A stretch of 63,656 nucleotides of DNA, filler included, from Atractiella rhizophila (Eukaryota), in NCBI GenBank assembly GCA_021432655.1. It is 4 parts of 4 records of this genome, joined end to end, with 100 filler letters (N's around TTAATTAATTAA, not from the genome) between each part and the next. Parts side by side here need not be neighbours in the genome. Positions count along the whole stretch, not along the records: positions 19,987 to 39,842 come from MU271846.1; positions 39,943 to 59,718 come from MU271847.1; 2 more parts are not named here. One strand, 5' to 3'. A program made the translations under genes and the position numbers. Under the pieces are notes generated by a model that did no database searches, was not told the DNA's origin, and was given only the letters and a program-made list of their open reading frames with translations. This document shows, piece after piece, positions 37,368 through 50,300 of the stretch (positions within the stretch are counted from its first letter, which is position 1; each line of letters starts with the position of its first letter).

Positions 37368-39430
37368 TCATATCACTGGAGATGCCATCAACCCGCTGTT
37401 GGAAGATTGGCGCGATATTGAAGGTGAGGAGGTGTTGTGATGAGGAATGGGAGATCTGACAGCAGAACGCGCCATTCCGTATGCTTTGGTGGGTAACGGT
37501 GGTTTGTTTGGTATGGAAGTATTCCGAGCTTGAGCAAAGAGGCTAGTCGACGAAGCTCTGGATACGCGATGATGCATCGTAGGAGAAGCCATGGTTGCGT
37601 CCTCCTCTTCCTCAAACATTGATGAATCTTCATCCTCGTCCATCGCCTGGAAGTCCACCTGAATATCCTCACACATCCGACTTGGAGACGCCCTCATCTT
37701 CCCTTTGCTGCTGCTGCTCGTCCTCACATCGTCTGAAGCGTAACCACCAAAGACGTTGACCTCGGCGGTTTCCATCTCTATCGAGGAATTGGAAGCTGTG
37801 GAAGCTTCAGAAATTGGAGAGGAAGAGGGTTGTTGGCCGTGAGTGCGAGAGCTAGGAGCGAACATGCGATGTCGGAGAGCTTTCTTGGCCGTCGCACGAC
37901 GAAGGGAGTCAAAGTGCATCATCCACTATGAGTATCGAAGCGTCAGCTTATTCGTACAAACGCGAGCGTTAGGTCTCACGTAGAAAAGATCCACAGCAAT
38001 GTCATCCATCTCTGGCATCAAATCCTCAATCTCGAGGCCCTTGAACTTGGGAAAGCTCGGTTTATAGTCGGGCATAATTGAGAGGGCGGGCCATTGTTCA
38101 GGAGTCGGTGTTCCCCAGACTCTAGAAGGAGGCGAAGCGATGAATTGTGAATGTGGGAACGGTAATTGAGGGGAACGGAAGGATAAGCAGGGAAACGACG
38201 CATCACGTCAACGCATAAGTTTGGAGACGGAAAGAGCGACTGACCTAAAGATTTTGAAAATTTGGTCGATCTCGGAATCACCTTGAAAAATGGCTTGACC
38301 AGTAATCATCTCCGCCCATATTGCGCCTACACTCCAAATGTCGACCGCCGTCCCATAATGTTTGGTGCCTAAGAGAATCTCCGGGGCTCGATACCACAAC
38401 GTGACGACCTGGACAAGAATAAGGTTGGAAGGTCAGCCAAAGATCTCCAAACAGAATATGCTTATCTTCCTGTGACGCGCCAACAGATGAAAGGGAACCT
38501 CACCTCATGTGTGTAGGAATGCATGGGAACTCCGAAAGACCTCGCTAAGCCAAAATCTGCAATTTTTAGGTTGCCATCCATGTCTATCAACAGGCTGTTG
38601 CGCTCATTAAAGTCAGTGAGACGATCTTGGCTTGAGAAAGGCGCGACGGACTTCTGTGGCTTCAGATCCCTGTGAATTATCCGTCGCATGTGCAAGAACT
38701 CCAAGCCTGTCAGAATCTGCCAAAGGAATTTCTACGAACCACCTGTGTTAGTAGTTCGCAATCCAAGCAGCTGAAAGGCTTACTGTGGACTGCCTCCAGT
38801 CCAATGCTCTGGGTCTGCTCCAACTCCGATCCTGAACGTTCCGTCCCATCGCGAGCTGCTTCTCAACCTCCTCTTCTTCCTCCAGTAATCGGTTCTGAAC
38901 TACATGATGAATGTAACGATGTAGATCCACGTCCATGAACTCGAATGAGAGGTATAGCCGTGAATCAGACAGGAAGACTTCGTATAATCTGTGGAGAACA
39001 CCGAAGATACGTCCGTCAACAAAGAGATCAGGAACACTCAGAAATCGACGACACCACCTCGTCCACGTCACAGAACGTCGTTCCACCCGAATTTAAGATG
39101 AAAAGAAGAGGAAGCGAACCTGACGATGCAGTCTGCTCCTCTCCCCTCCCTCCACTTGAAGCCCGTCATTTCCTTGAGTACGCTGATTTCTCGAATTGCA
39201 GTCGCCGGAATTCCATCCTCCGTATCATCGAATCTGATGCGCTTCAACGCTCTTATGGTGTTTGATGGAGTGTGACGCGCTTTGTACACGACTCCGTAGG
39301 TACCTTTTTACGGCCAACCGTCACTTTTTCAGTCACCGTACTCCGAGTGAATCTCTGCGGAAAAACACGCACCTTCTCCCACCTTTTCAATTTTGACGTA
39401 GTCGTTCATGGAAGGCGAATGCTCGTCCAT
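37368..39430 (-). CDS. CDK1: Cyclin-dependent kinase, CDK1/Cdc2-like, with PATAIRE helix and long C-terminal tail
   Basis: [81 protein letters not shown]. Confidence 0.85.
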
Positions 39431-39842
39431 CCTCGAGGTGCGAAAGACAAAAATACAGGTGTGGAGTAGATGGGTGATTTGATCGCAGAATTTGAGCTGA
39501 AAACGAGAAAAATGCGACCTGGGCGAGTGATAACGAATGTACTGACAATGATTCTGATGATGTTGAGTTGAGAGATGAAATTTATGGACAAAGTGAAGAG
39601 CGCCTCCAACCTGATGTGACGGTTGCTCGAGCGAAGTTGACCTGCAGATATTAGGTTCAAGAGTGACAACCCTAAACCTTGCCCTGTTTACCAATCCCAA
39701 GCTTCCCTTTGAGAGACTTGAAAGGGGTCGCTGTGGTTTCACCTGAGGCAAACACCTTTAAGTTATCGCAGCGAGCTCTTTGGGCAACTTTTCTTGCCAG
39801 GACATATCACAACTTCGCTCCACCATCAAGTTCGTTTCATAA

Positions 39843-39942
39843 NNNNNNNNNNNNNNNNNNNNNNNNNNNNNNNNNNNNNNNNNNNNTTAATTAATTAANN
39901 NNNNNNNNNNNNNNNNNNNNNNNNNNNNNNNNNNNNNNNNNN
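39843..39942. other. Assembly gap with TTAATTAATTAA linker
   Basis: Directly visible. Confidence 0.97.
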
Positions 39943-42192
39943 GTCCATCGGGTCGTGGAAACGCATGATTACGTGGATAAGAAGGACAGGAAGACAAAAC
40001 AGATGATATTGACCAAGGGAGACAACAATCAAGATGTTCGTTTGTCCTCTGCCACCTTATACTTAACCCTTGTTGTCTTGAGCTTGAGTAGAATAATTGA
40101 GTCGATTGACTGTTGTCGGTTGATGTCGATGTGGATAGAGCGATGAAGTCTTTTACGCCGGAAAGAGGTATCTCGAGGCGGAGAAGGTCATAGGAAAGGT
40201 CTATGGGTCCGTCTTCCTCCTTGTTTCTCCTTTTGCACCAGGCTTTCAGTTGATAATCATGATAGATTTGTTCCATACGTTGGATACGTGACAATAGCGA
40301 TGGTGCGTATTTCCTTGTTTCTGCTCATCCTTCCACGGCCTTTTTCCTTTCTTGAGTGATGCAAGGCTGACTGGAGCATTCCAGACGGACTTTCCATACC
40401 TCAAATACGCGATGATAGGCATAATGGGTCTTTGGACGCTAATACAACGGGAATAATGAATGCATTTTGTTGAGTTTAAACGCATGGTTCTATGAAAGAA
40501 ACGGTCGATTTCATGAAAACAGCAGACCCGATGCTGTACGAAACGGAAACATTTCTGCTTCTTCAAGTAGCTGGGAGCAAGAGCAGCGTTCGTCATATTA
40601 AAGGATGATATTGCCATTCTTTGGGGAGTTCGGAGAGCTGAACGACAACTCAAACCCCAGCTCGGGAATGTAGAAGCGCCACATTGAGTTGCTTCATTTT
40701 GCTTTAAAACGCTTAGTGAGAATATTTGGCCGTTCACGTTCAGATCTTTGAGTCCCTCTCTTTCATCCACCAGTTCCCCATAAAGGAGCCAGATACTAGT
40801 ACACATATTTGACAGTGGGATGAAGGCAAGCCCTTCCCATCCTTCGGATCGCTGAACTCTCACTGTTATCTATACAAACGACCATGTAAACTAATCCAAA
40901 GAATACGACTTCCATCGCAAATCTGCCTTCTCTTCGATTTTCGCCGTCTACAAAGGTCGTCCTGAACTGTGAATGAACGCAAGAGTCAGATTTCTAGTAT
41001 GATTGCTTGAGAGGTGTCGGCCTACAGTGTGCACTTAAAGCTACTGTGAGAAATGAAGATAGGTGGTCGGGAAGACAATTAGGATAACATGTAGCTGTTA
41101 TTCCTTTCTTTGTCTCTTTTAAACCAAATCCCAATTGTTTTCATAGCTGATTACATGCGACCATCACACCTTGTGAACTCCCCATTTGGTTCCGGTCCTT
41201 ATGGTATGCTGCAAACTTGAGACAAAGTTTTTTGTACTTCTTTGCTCCAATATCCTTCCTGTCCTTACTGCAAAGCACTCCTGCTCTGTTTCCTCACCTC
41301 TTCAATAATTTCCCCCACAATATAGCCAGGTAAATCTTCTTTCGTTCGAAACACCGCGTAACTTGGCGTTTCGACAACATTCGCTCAACCCATCCACGAT
41401 TAGATAGCCCTTAGCTCTGGATGTGATGTAAGAGTACCCAATGATAAGCCAAAAATTGTACCGCTGCTCTTCTCACCTCATCGTATTGCCGCGCAAAAGG
41501 AGATGAAACTTCGGCTAGCACCCCTTGAACTGTTAAACCTTCGATAATGCTTTCCAAAGCCAACTCTCCCCACGGTATGATTCTGTGCTCTTGGGTTGGA
41601 GTTAGCTATTGCAGACTCCTTTGAAAGAAGTCAAACCATCTGCGAGTCGGTACATGGACTTGGGTGAAACTGGGACTGGCAGAGAAGCCCATGGTGCAGG
41701 GTTGAGCTGTGCTTGTAATAAACCTTCTGGTTCGTAGCTGCTTCTCGTTCGACCTCGAAACATACTTCGTTCTGCAATTTTGCCGATCCCAGTGGGGCGA
41801 AAGAGATTTCACTGCAGAGTAACCCTCGTTGTTAACAGCAGAAGGACGGATCAGAGTAAGAACCGCACCCAGAGAGCAGATAATACAGGAAAGCTCGATA
41901 GGTCGAATAGCAAATCGATTTACGATGCGGTGGATATCTCTCTCCACTTCAGGTATAACCTTTAAGGTTATATACGAGCCGGGACCTGAGCGAGAATACA
42001 TCACCAATCTAACGAACCTCTGCAGTAATCCAAGGTGGAAGGTCTAGGGACTGAATGCTGTTCGGAAACATTCCGAACTCGGATTAAATTTGTCGCCATT
42101 CGACAAAGTTAACTAGACCATGAGTAAAGAGATACGAGATCCCTGATTTTGAGGGGTCGACTCACGTTAATGCCAGCCCAGTGTTCAACCAT
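39943..42192 (-). pseudogene. Degenerate multi-exon coding remnant(s), family unknown
   Basis: Protein-like fragments (e.g. DGPIDLSYDLLRLEIPLSGVKDFIAL; KEDLPGYIVGEIIEEVRKQ) and splice-like sites interrupted by stops. Confidence 0.3.
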
Positions 42193-42488
42193 CACAGGGG
42201 TGCTTGCAAAAATAGTATACTTATATCCACGTTGTTCGGGAGCACACGATAACTCCATCTGATGGAGCAGGCATGAGTATATCAGCACTTTCTGGACGGG
42301 TGTCTATGGAGCTATGAGCCCTATGATAGCTCATAGGGCTTTTGTCACCTGGTCGCTATCCTAGACCCCTAGGACAGACAATGGGCAATATTGATAGTTT
42401 GTACGATACAATAATTATTATTCACAGCACGGATATCTCTGAGATCAGGTCAACTGTCTCACACATGTAAACTCCTGTCTCGACTCCG

Positions 42489-43528
42489 TCACTCAATTGT
42501 AACAGCCTTCACACCATCACCTACTTCGTCAGTCTCTTCATCGTCCTCTTCCTCATCCAACCAGCTGTTCGCATCCATCCTGGTGACGGGATACGGCGTT
42601 CCCTTTGCTCTCCTTCCGCCCACTATGCCAAGAGCCCTCCTGAATGCCACCCTGTTCTCCTCTCCATTCGACAATCCCAGTCTTATGGCTTCCATCTCAT
42701 CACTGGACGCGGTAGAAGGGCAGACCGTCGATTCCCCTGAAGACGATCCAGACCCCATCTTCGACTCCGGATTCCCCAGCATCAAATGAGCTTTATGCTT
42801 CATCTTGATCGTACCATTCGAAGAGTGGCTCGATTCTGCACTAGAAAAAGACACGCTTCGCAGAATGGCAGGTGTCTCGAGGAACGTAGGCTTGAGTTTC
42901 GAACCACCCTTGTTGATGACGGCGCTATTGGGACCCAGGCCGTTGACTCGGGCGAGAGAGGGGGAGTTGCTGGGGGATCCGAGCCGAGGAGAGCCGCTGG
43001 TTCGCGAGACTGGCAACGTGAAGTAGTCGGGATACCCAGAGATGGTGGGGTGACGCTTCTTCATGCATTGACGATGTGGTGCGATCGTTCGATGCGTGGG
43101 GATGTGGATCTGAGGAATGGAAGTATGCGCAAGAGGTTCGGGAGTAAGCGACATGTCAAAGAAGCTGTTATTGCGAAGGTCAACGTGATACGATGGACGG
43201 GAAGCGAAACGAACCTTGTCGTTCTCAAGGAGTGCCCTGAATTATAACGGCAAGTGATGAATGATACTTCGAAGTGCAAATTTCCAAATGTGGATTCTCG
43301 AAGAAGAGAACGTTGTAAAGCGTTTTGCTGGCTGAAGGGCGAAGAGTTTAAGTGACAGAGACGAGAACTCAGGGTGTTTACTGCAAGATATTCGACGGCC
43401 ACAGGCGGTGGGAAGGGTTCAAGAAGGAATCCGCCTCTTAATATAGGTTCCAGAAGGCACGGGACCAGCAGATTAGTGAGAGATAAGAGACTTCCATGTC
43501 TCACACACTCTACTCCTGAATGGTCCAT
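42489..43528 (-). CDS. Hypothetical Ser-rich protein; N-terminal exons uncertain
   Basis: 221-aa last-exon ORF with acidic end (RRAKGTPYP...WLDEEEDDEE); upstream exon structure unresolved. Confidence 0.5.
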
Positions 43529-44564
43529 GACGCAATAGCTTCAGTCACCTCTAGCCAGACTTCCACTTTTCTGTCAAAGCTACATGCAGCTAGACAGGAC
43601 GCGAAGTCCTACTGAGTCCGACCTTGAAACATCTGAACCCTCCACCAGCTTGCGACAAGTCGTACAGTACGCTATGGTAGCTCTTCCTTGAGAAATGAGT
43701 GGATCGTGAAGCGGCTCAAGCACGAACCTGACAGTGTCGTGCGAGCCTGGTTGTTGTTCTCTCATCCTTCCTATCCTCTGATCTGACCCTCTAACATCCA
43801 TCAGTTCTTTGCATGAGTCATAAAACGCATTTGTGAGCGTTTAGACCTCCTTCACCTCACCACGCACATTGAAATGAGATGAAGTACACCGTCTTACTCC
43901 ATATGTCTACGCCTTTCTGAGACTACAAGAAATTTTTATTTTGAAGTCGTGAAAAAGGTGTTTTTTTTTGGCAGTGGACTCGAACACAAATAGTAGAACT
44001 CGTGTAGAAAGTGTGAGACCAATTTGACCAAAAACGTCAAAGCTCAACCGCTCAACATTTGCCTCTTTGTTCGAATTTCGCTCTGCTTCCTCCAGATACC
44101 TCATTTTTCGCTTACTTTGCCTTACAAGGACATTTCATTAGTATAGCAAAGGCTCCCAAGTAGCGGACAAGCAGTTCAGTCCGTCAATCAATCAGACAAG
44201 AAAGATAAAGACGAAGTTTTTATTGCGTTTAACCGTTGTTGGATGCCCGTACGTTTCTTCTCTCCTTCAACCATTAAGTGGATGGATGGATGCATCGAAA
44301 GCCTCCCCCTCAACTTGAGATCATTCTGTCATGAGCATCCACAGTGACTTGCTTGGAGTGATATAACTACGTCGTTTGCACCTATAATCGCAGTGGAACC
44401 TAAATTCGACTTGAAACGTGAAAGTAATCTCAATGTCACATAAATTAGTTGCTATATTAGTGAAGCCTATTCGAGATGAATCGTTACAATGCCACCCAGC
44501 ACGGTCAGTCTACCAAAAAACAAATCGGCAAAGACAGAACAAGAAAGTTCAAACAGTAACAGTA

Positions 44565-46357
44565 TCAAGAAGTGGAAGAAGGGACCGGATGATCTGAGAA
44601 ATACTTCTGGAGCCTGCCGATTTTGGCTCTTCCGGATAGTAAGAACTTTGTAAGAGCTATGACACCGTTCAGTGCTCCTTGTCGTCCCTCCACGGTCGCT
44701 AAGTCGTATTCTTCACTTTGAAGGAAATAGACCAGAGAGTCGGTTGACATAACCAACTTTTCCATCGCATTTCGAATGTGGTCTGCTGGGAAGAAGGCGA
44801 CCGAGAAGTGCATTCGAAGATTTGTCATTCCTACCACGATTGCCTTTGAAACCGTCAACATAGGTAAGAGAGAGGAAGAGGAAGGGAGGGAGACGGACCT
44901 CATGGTCTCCCACGCCGTATTCTTTGGCGTTGGCTAATATTTGAGCAAGCATTAGCTTCAGTTCGGCAGCATAACAAGACCTGCTGGGGATCTTTTGCGT
45001 TTTGCGGTACTCTGATTCTGCTGGAATAGGAGGTGGAGTGGGAGTGCGTGAAGGAATAGGGGGATCTGCGTCACGATATTTGTCCGGATATCTTCGGTTG
45101 TCTCGCACATCCCCCCGAAAAGTGAACCAGTTTCGATATGCGGTAGCGTACACAGCTGGCACTCGAAGCGGATCATCCATCTATCAGAAAGTTAACCAGA
45201 AAACGGTGTAAACAGATACAAGGAAACTAGCCTGAAAATAAAAGTTGGTCACCGAAACGGGATTGTCACTGAGAGGATCAGACCCGTTGGGGGCGCTTAT
45301 AAGGACATCGTGATATCGTGAGATGGAGAATCGTTTTCCAGCCAGCGGTATGGAATCGTCAATTCGACCACGGAGCCAGCTATTACATCATCAGTTCCAT
45401 GAACACTCATTTCACGGTACGCACTCGAAGCTCAGCTTGCCTGTGACATCAGTACCTGGTATCTTCTCAAATATAGGATTTGACACAGCATGGAAAAGAT
45501 TCCGAGCACGCCTTTCATTGAGCGAGCTCCCCCATAAAATGCTTCTCAGCTCGTCGAACAGCTTCTTGTAAGGAAAACCCTTGCGGAATTTCACCCGATC
45601 CTTGACTTCAAGATCTTCGAGGGTTAAGAGTGCGATATCAGCCAACGATTGCTCCTCAGCTAGGTGACTGTCAGAAGAAATCAGCACAACGGATACAAGG
45701 CTTACATGGTTGTAAATGGAGAAACTCTGGGGCAAATATGCTAGACAGGGAACAACCAAGCAAAGGAATCACCCTGCAGGCAATGACGTGATCATCCGTC
45801 CATCCAGGTGTAGCTTCGAAGAAGGATTCACGATGTGCAACCATCAGATTCTCTGCAGATAGCGTTGGGAGAGTGGTGGGATCGGATGAAAGATAGGTGC
45901 AATAGAATCGGTTGCTGAGAAGGTCGGATTCAAGAATAGACCGTTGGGGTATGGAAGTTTCACTAAGTCGCATCCGATCAAGATGTGCGGCGTGCGCTTT
46001 CTGGAAAGCTGGGCTTGAGGTATCGAAGTCTCCAGGAGCGCAAGAAACTAAGCTTCGGAGCGAAGGGAGAGGATATCCCTCATTTGTTAGCGAATCGGCT
46101 GTGATATCTTCTGCAGCAGCCGTGGGATATCTTTTCGAGTGGTCCCTGACGTTAGGCTTCTTTCGTTTCCGCAAATTCCCTTCTTTCTCACCCTGTCGTT
46201 TTCGTTTACTGATATTCTCCATGAATATTTCTGTACCAAATTTCGCAATAAGTCTTCCATTCCGTAGCCTGACTGAATTTTCGAGCAATTCGCGTTGCTT
46301 TCTCTCTTGTTCAACTGCCTCTGCCTTCCTTGCTTGTCCTCGAGTCCATGGCGCCAT
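44565..46357 (-). CDS. Hypothetical protein of a lineage-expanded fungal family (possible nuclease-like fold)
   Basis: Exon ORFs MAPWTRGQ..., ...FPYKKLFDELRSIL..., ...AELKLMLAQILANAKEYGVGDHE|AIVVGMTNLRMHFSVAFFPADHI...SEEYDLATVEGRQGAL; has a degenerate paralog at 49.5-50.3 kb. Confidence 0.6.
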
Positions 46358-47065
46358 GTCGTGAGGTTGACTTGTATTTTCTAATCCTCTCGCAGTTTCC
46401 AGAAGGGCAAGGTCAGGTAAAAGTCGTTGTGTTGCGCTGTTGGCAAGATTTTAGACTGATCCAAATACCGTCGCTTTAGTCTCTATTTTAAAAAAATTAT
46501 TTAGTGCCAGAATCTCACACAGAGCTCACTAGTGGACTATGTTTACCGCAAGGATATCACAAACAATTTGTAAGTTGTATCCTCGACGCGACTGATAGAA
46601 TCTCTTTGAACTGGTCGGCATTTGCCTATTTCGGACATACAAAACCATAATCGCACAAGCAAATGTCATCAAATTTCATTTTATAATTTATGGTCTCAAT
46701 TATCTGAACAGAAGGGCTTTGTACCATATATGTGTATGGTACATGATGGCTCTCGCGTGGTCCCTCCCCTTCTCAAGAAGTTGAGCATGCTAATAACAAA
46801 CTTCAATGCAGGCTAACGGGAGATAATTTACGAAGAGCTTACAGAGCATTTGATGACAGGGTACGAAATATTGACGAGCAAGCGCTGCAGGCATGTAAAA
46901 TGTAAACATCTACTGGCGGGCGGAATCGACGTGATCTTGTTTTACTGATCGTGACTCAAGAGTCAGGGCCTTGTTAGCCTGTCAACAATTCTGGACGCCG
47001 AGGGAATCTTAAAGGAGGAAAAGCATCACACTGCTCGCTCACGGTTATAGGCAACGCAATTTAAG

Positions 47066-49435
47066 ATGAAGAGGACGACAGCAAAATTATCTGACGGTAT
47101 ATTGTCATCTTATTCTGGATCGTAGCCCATAATACTGAGAACGGAATATCAGGTCCAGAACCTGGACCCCAAAGGAAGCGGAATAGTGAGGAATCCAGTC
47201 TTCGTCTTCAGATATCTTACCTGTATTAGAACCAAATGTCACTGGCGGCATCGATGATGCAGGCACGATCAAGCCGCGACTTACAGGCAAGTGATCCCTT
47301 GTTGGTATTGACACGTTTTTGATTTGGGAGATATAGAGGTAAAAGAGGTTACAGGGCGTGGTGCGTTTTCCTAACTTAGACCTGTCCATGGTCTGAAACG
47401 GAGATTAAAGCTGGAGCGAAGGCGGCTACAAGGGCCATTGGTAAGATTATCTTGATCTCACGTACACACTCATCCCCACGCTGTATAGGAGGCTCCAACA
47501 CTGCCTCCAACGGAAGAAAGACCAGAAGCAGTGAGTTGTTTACGAATGTTAGTGTTATGTGCTCATCTGCACAAAGTGACAGCAAAGGACAATGCTGCTA
47601 TGCAAGGTAGAAGACATTTCATGCCAACGCTTGCAGCCAGGGCGGAAAAGATTCCCGAGGACGAGGATCCTGTAACCTCTGCAGAATCTAACAAAAGAAA
47701 CAAGGTAGCAACTGTAGATGTCAACAAAGCAGCGACCTGTAATACTCGATGTGAGTTCACGTCGATGTCAGGCAGATCACAATAAATTGACTATTACTGC
47801 GATTTTAGCCAGTGGATACGATCTTCGACGTTTGCATCAGAAGAATTATTCCGAGCAAGGTACGTAGATAGTTTTCCTGGAGTTCTGGCTGATAATACAG
47901 CAGATTGGCCTGTCATTGGAGACCCTGAAAAAAGGTCGGATGACTTTGTTTTGAAAGCAGCGAAACTCACCAGCCCCACAGGTGGATCGATGCATATACG
48001 GATTCGTTACAAGACGAAGCTCAGGTCACAGTTAGATCAGGCAGCGCCTGGAATGTGGAGCACCTCAGGCTACTAAAGGTTATCCCGCATGTAAACCACC
48101 CCGTGGACGAAGGTTTTTGCTATGGTACTGGTCTTTTCGACAAGATTAGGAAGTTTCCAGGCAAGTCCTTCATTTTTCTAAGGCAGCACTAAGTTTGTGC
48201 GCACAGCCTACGAAGCCGTGAGACAGGATTTATTGAGGAATACCAACGATTTGAACAAGCCGGTCCATCTAATTCTCGCTGTCGCAAACCTGCGGGAATC
48301 GATAAGCGTCGCCCAGTGCAGTCACAATCGTGGAATACTTCAACAGCACAGAACTCCGACTAAAAGTTTCGTTGCAACGAAATCGTTGTCCAATTCGCCC
48401 TCGGCGGAGGTTCACAGCTTTAACAACGGAGAGCCGATTGGCGTCAATTCTCTTGTCATGGAGATGCTCCGGAACCCGGCAGAGGAAGGCACTATCCTGA
48501 CACTAGGAACAGTAGGTCCTAATGAGGTCGAAAATACTGCTCCACAAATCTCAGAAGGACATTCTCAAGGGTCGATTCTAACGAAGGGCACTCCTGAAAC
48601 TGCGATTGAAGCGATCCTTCTCGCTGTATGGCGTCTGATCTTCGCGATTGGTGGAAGAGGAGATTCGAACGAAAGGACCAAAGATCGTTTTGCTTGGGAT
48701 GGGGAAGGGCAGAAAACCGGCTTCACGTTTCACCTAGACGCGGAGTAGGTTTTCTCAGCTAGTACTGAGCGTACTGACTTAAGGGTGTAGTCAAAAAAGA
48801 AGAACGACGAGGTGGTACATGCTTCAAAAGGATGACCCCTGGGTGGCAATAAACGATGGGTCGATAAGCGTCAGATTTCACGATGCAACAACGGGACAGA
48901 GAACGTTCTTCCCTAGGTTCTTATTGCCTCAAGAAGCAAAAACTGACGATACGACGTTGGACAACATGTTTTATCAAGAGAGTAAGTATCGGTTCAAGGA
49001 TAGCACAAGTCGGTACTGAAGATGATATAGTCGCCGAGGCTGTAGCGTGGCTATTCCAGTCAATTTCTAAGGGGGAGACGCCAATAGACCTGGCGGCTGT
49101 TGATCACTTCGATGAAGAGCAGGTAGGTCGTCTCCCAATATATATTTAAGTACTAAGGATTGCAGGTATGGGTAATCTGCATGCGAGGGACAAAGAGCCA
49201 CATCACGCGATTTGTCTTCAAGCCGGAATACATCGATGCACTTGTCCATGGAGTCGACCTGGACGATCTCTATCTGCATGCCTATAGATCAAAGGAACTC
49301 GACTGGGCTGTCCCCGAAGAAGCGGCCCAAGCGCTCGACGAGTTCCTCCAGGTACTCAGTTGGCAAAGGAGCTTAAGGTCCGCTCATTTTTCGACTGTAC
49401 TTAAAGACATAGGGCCGTCCTCAACAATGTTTTGA
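47066..49435 (+). CDS. Putative PD-(D/E)XK (restriction endonuclease-like) fold protein; 5' exons uncertain
   Basis: AWNVEHLRLLKV..., ETAIEAILL, VAINDGSI...LPQEAK...FYQE|VAEAVAW...VWVICMRGT: E...D...ExK...Q spacing. Confidence 0.5.
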
Positions 49436-49539
49436 TTCGTTTGATTATGGATGGCAAGGCCTATAATTATGTTTGACGTCCTCCATGCCGCCATGTATTT
49501 CTGTTTCTGTGATGCCGTTGAAGCGAAATCATGGGAGAT

Positions 49540-50300
49540 GCAAAGAAATTCCTTCCAGAAAGCCACCTCTCAGCAGTCCTCCTGCCCCCACAAGCTCCCG
49601 GATAGGTCCACCTCACTAGCAGGCTGACTTTTCCATTCCGTTTCCAATGTGGTCTCCTGGAAAAAAGGCGACGTAGAGCTCGTCATTCCAACTATGATGA
49701 CCTTATGGAGTCCTCAACATTGATTCATTGTTGATTGAGAAGTAGGAACGTCGCTTCTCGTGGTCTCACACTCCAGACCCTTTCTCATTCGCTGTTATCT
49801 AAGCTAGCATGAGCTTGAGTTTCAGAACTTTTTCGTGATAGCCGAATTCGAGGTCTTCAGCGATATCCGCTCAAGCTTCCCCTTACTGTTTGCACAGCGG
49901 TCTCATAAACTTACTTGGTAGCAGACGAAAGAATTCCTGACTAACTGAAAGTTGGCGGTCAAGCAAAGGGTACCACTCCACACGCAATGACGTGATCATC
50001 CGTTCATCCAGGTTCAGCAAGCGCATCTATGTTTCATCCAACCCCAGGATTCTCCGCAGAGAATTTAGTGTTCGGACATGGTGAATCTTTCTTGGAAGGT
50101 GGGATGTCTGAAAACTAGAGACGACTTGTCAAACTTTCTTCACAGCGCTAGCCTTGAGGTTTCCCTCGTTTTCGTGGGTTGCCTTCTTCCCACCTTTCAA
50201 CACATTCGCACTTTCTTTTTCTCGTGTTGTAATGGCATTGTGCCCTTCTTTCGATTCGCATTGCTTCTCGTCTGCTGCAGCTCGCGCTTGAGCCGAGGAT
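49540..50300 (-). pseudogene. Degenerate, internally deleted paralog of the 44565-46357 gene
   Basis: Shared DNA, e.g. caatgacgtgatcatccgt(c/t)catccagg (45781 vs ~49985) and ttttccat...aatgtggtct.ctgg.a.aaggcgac (~44758 vs ~49630); many stops. Confidence 0.7.
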
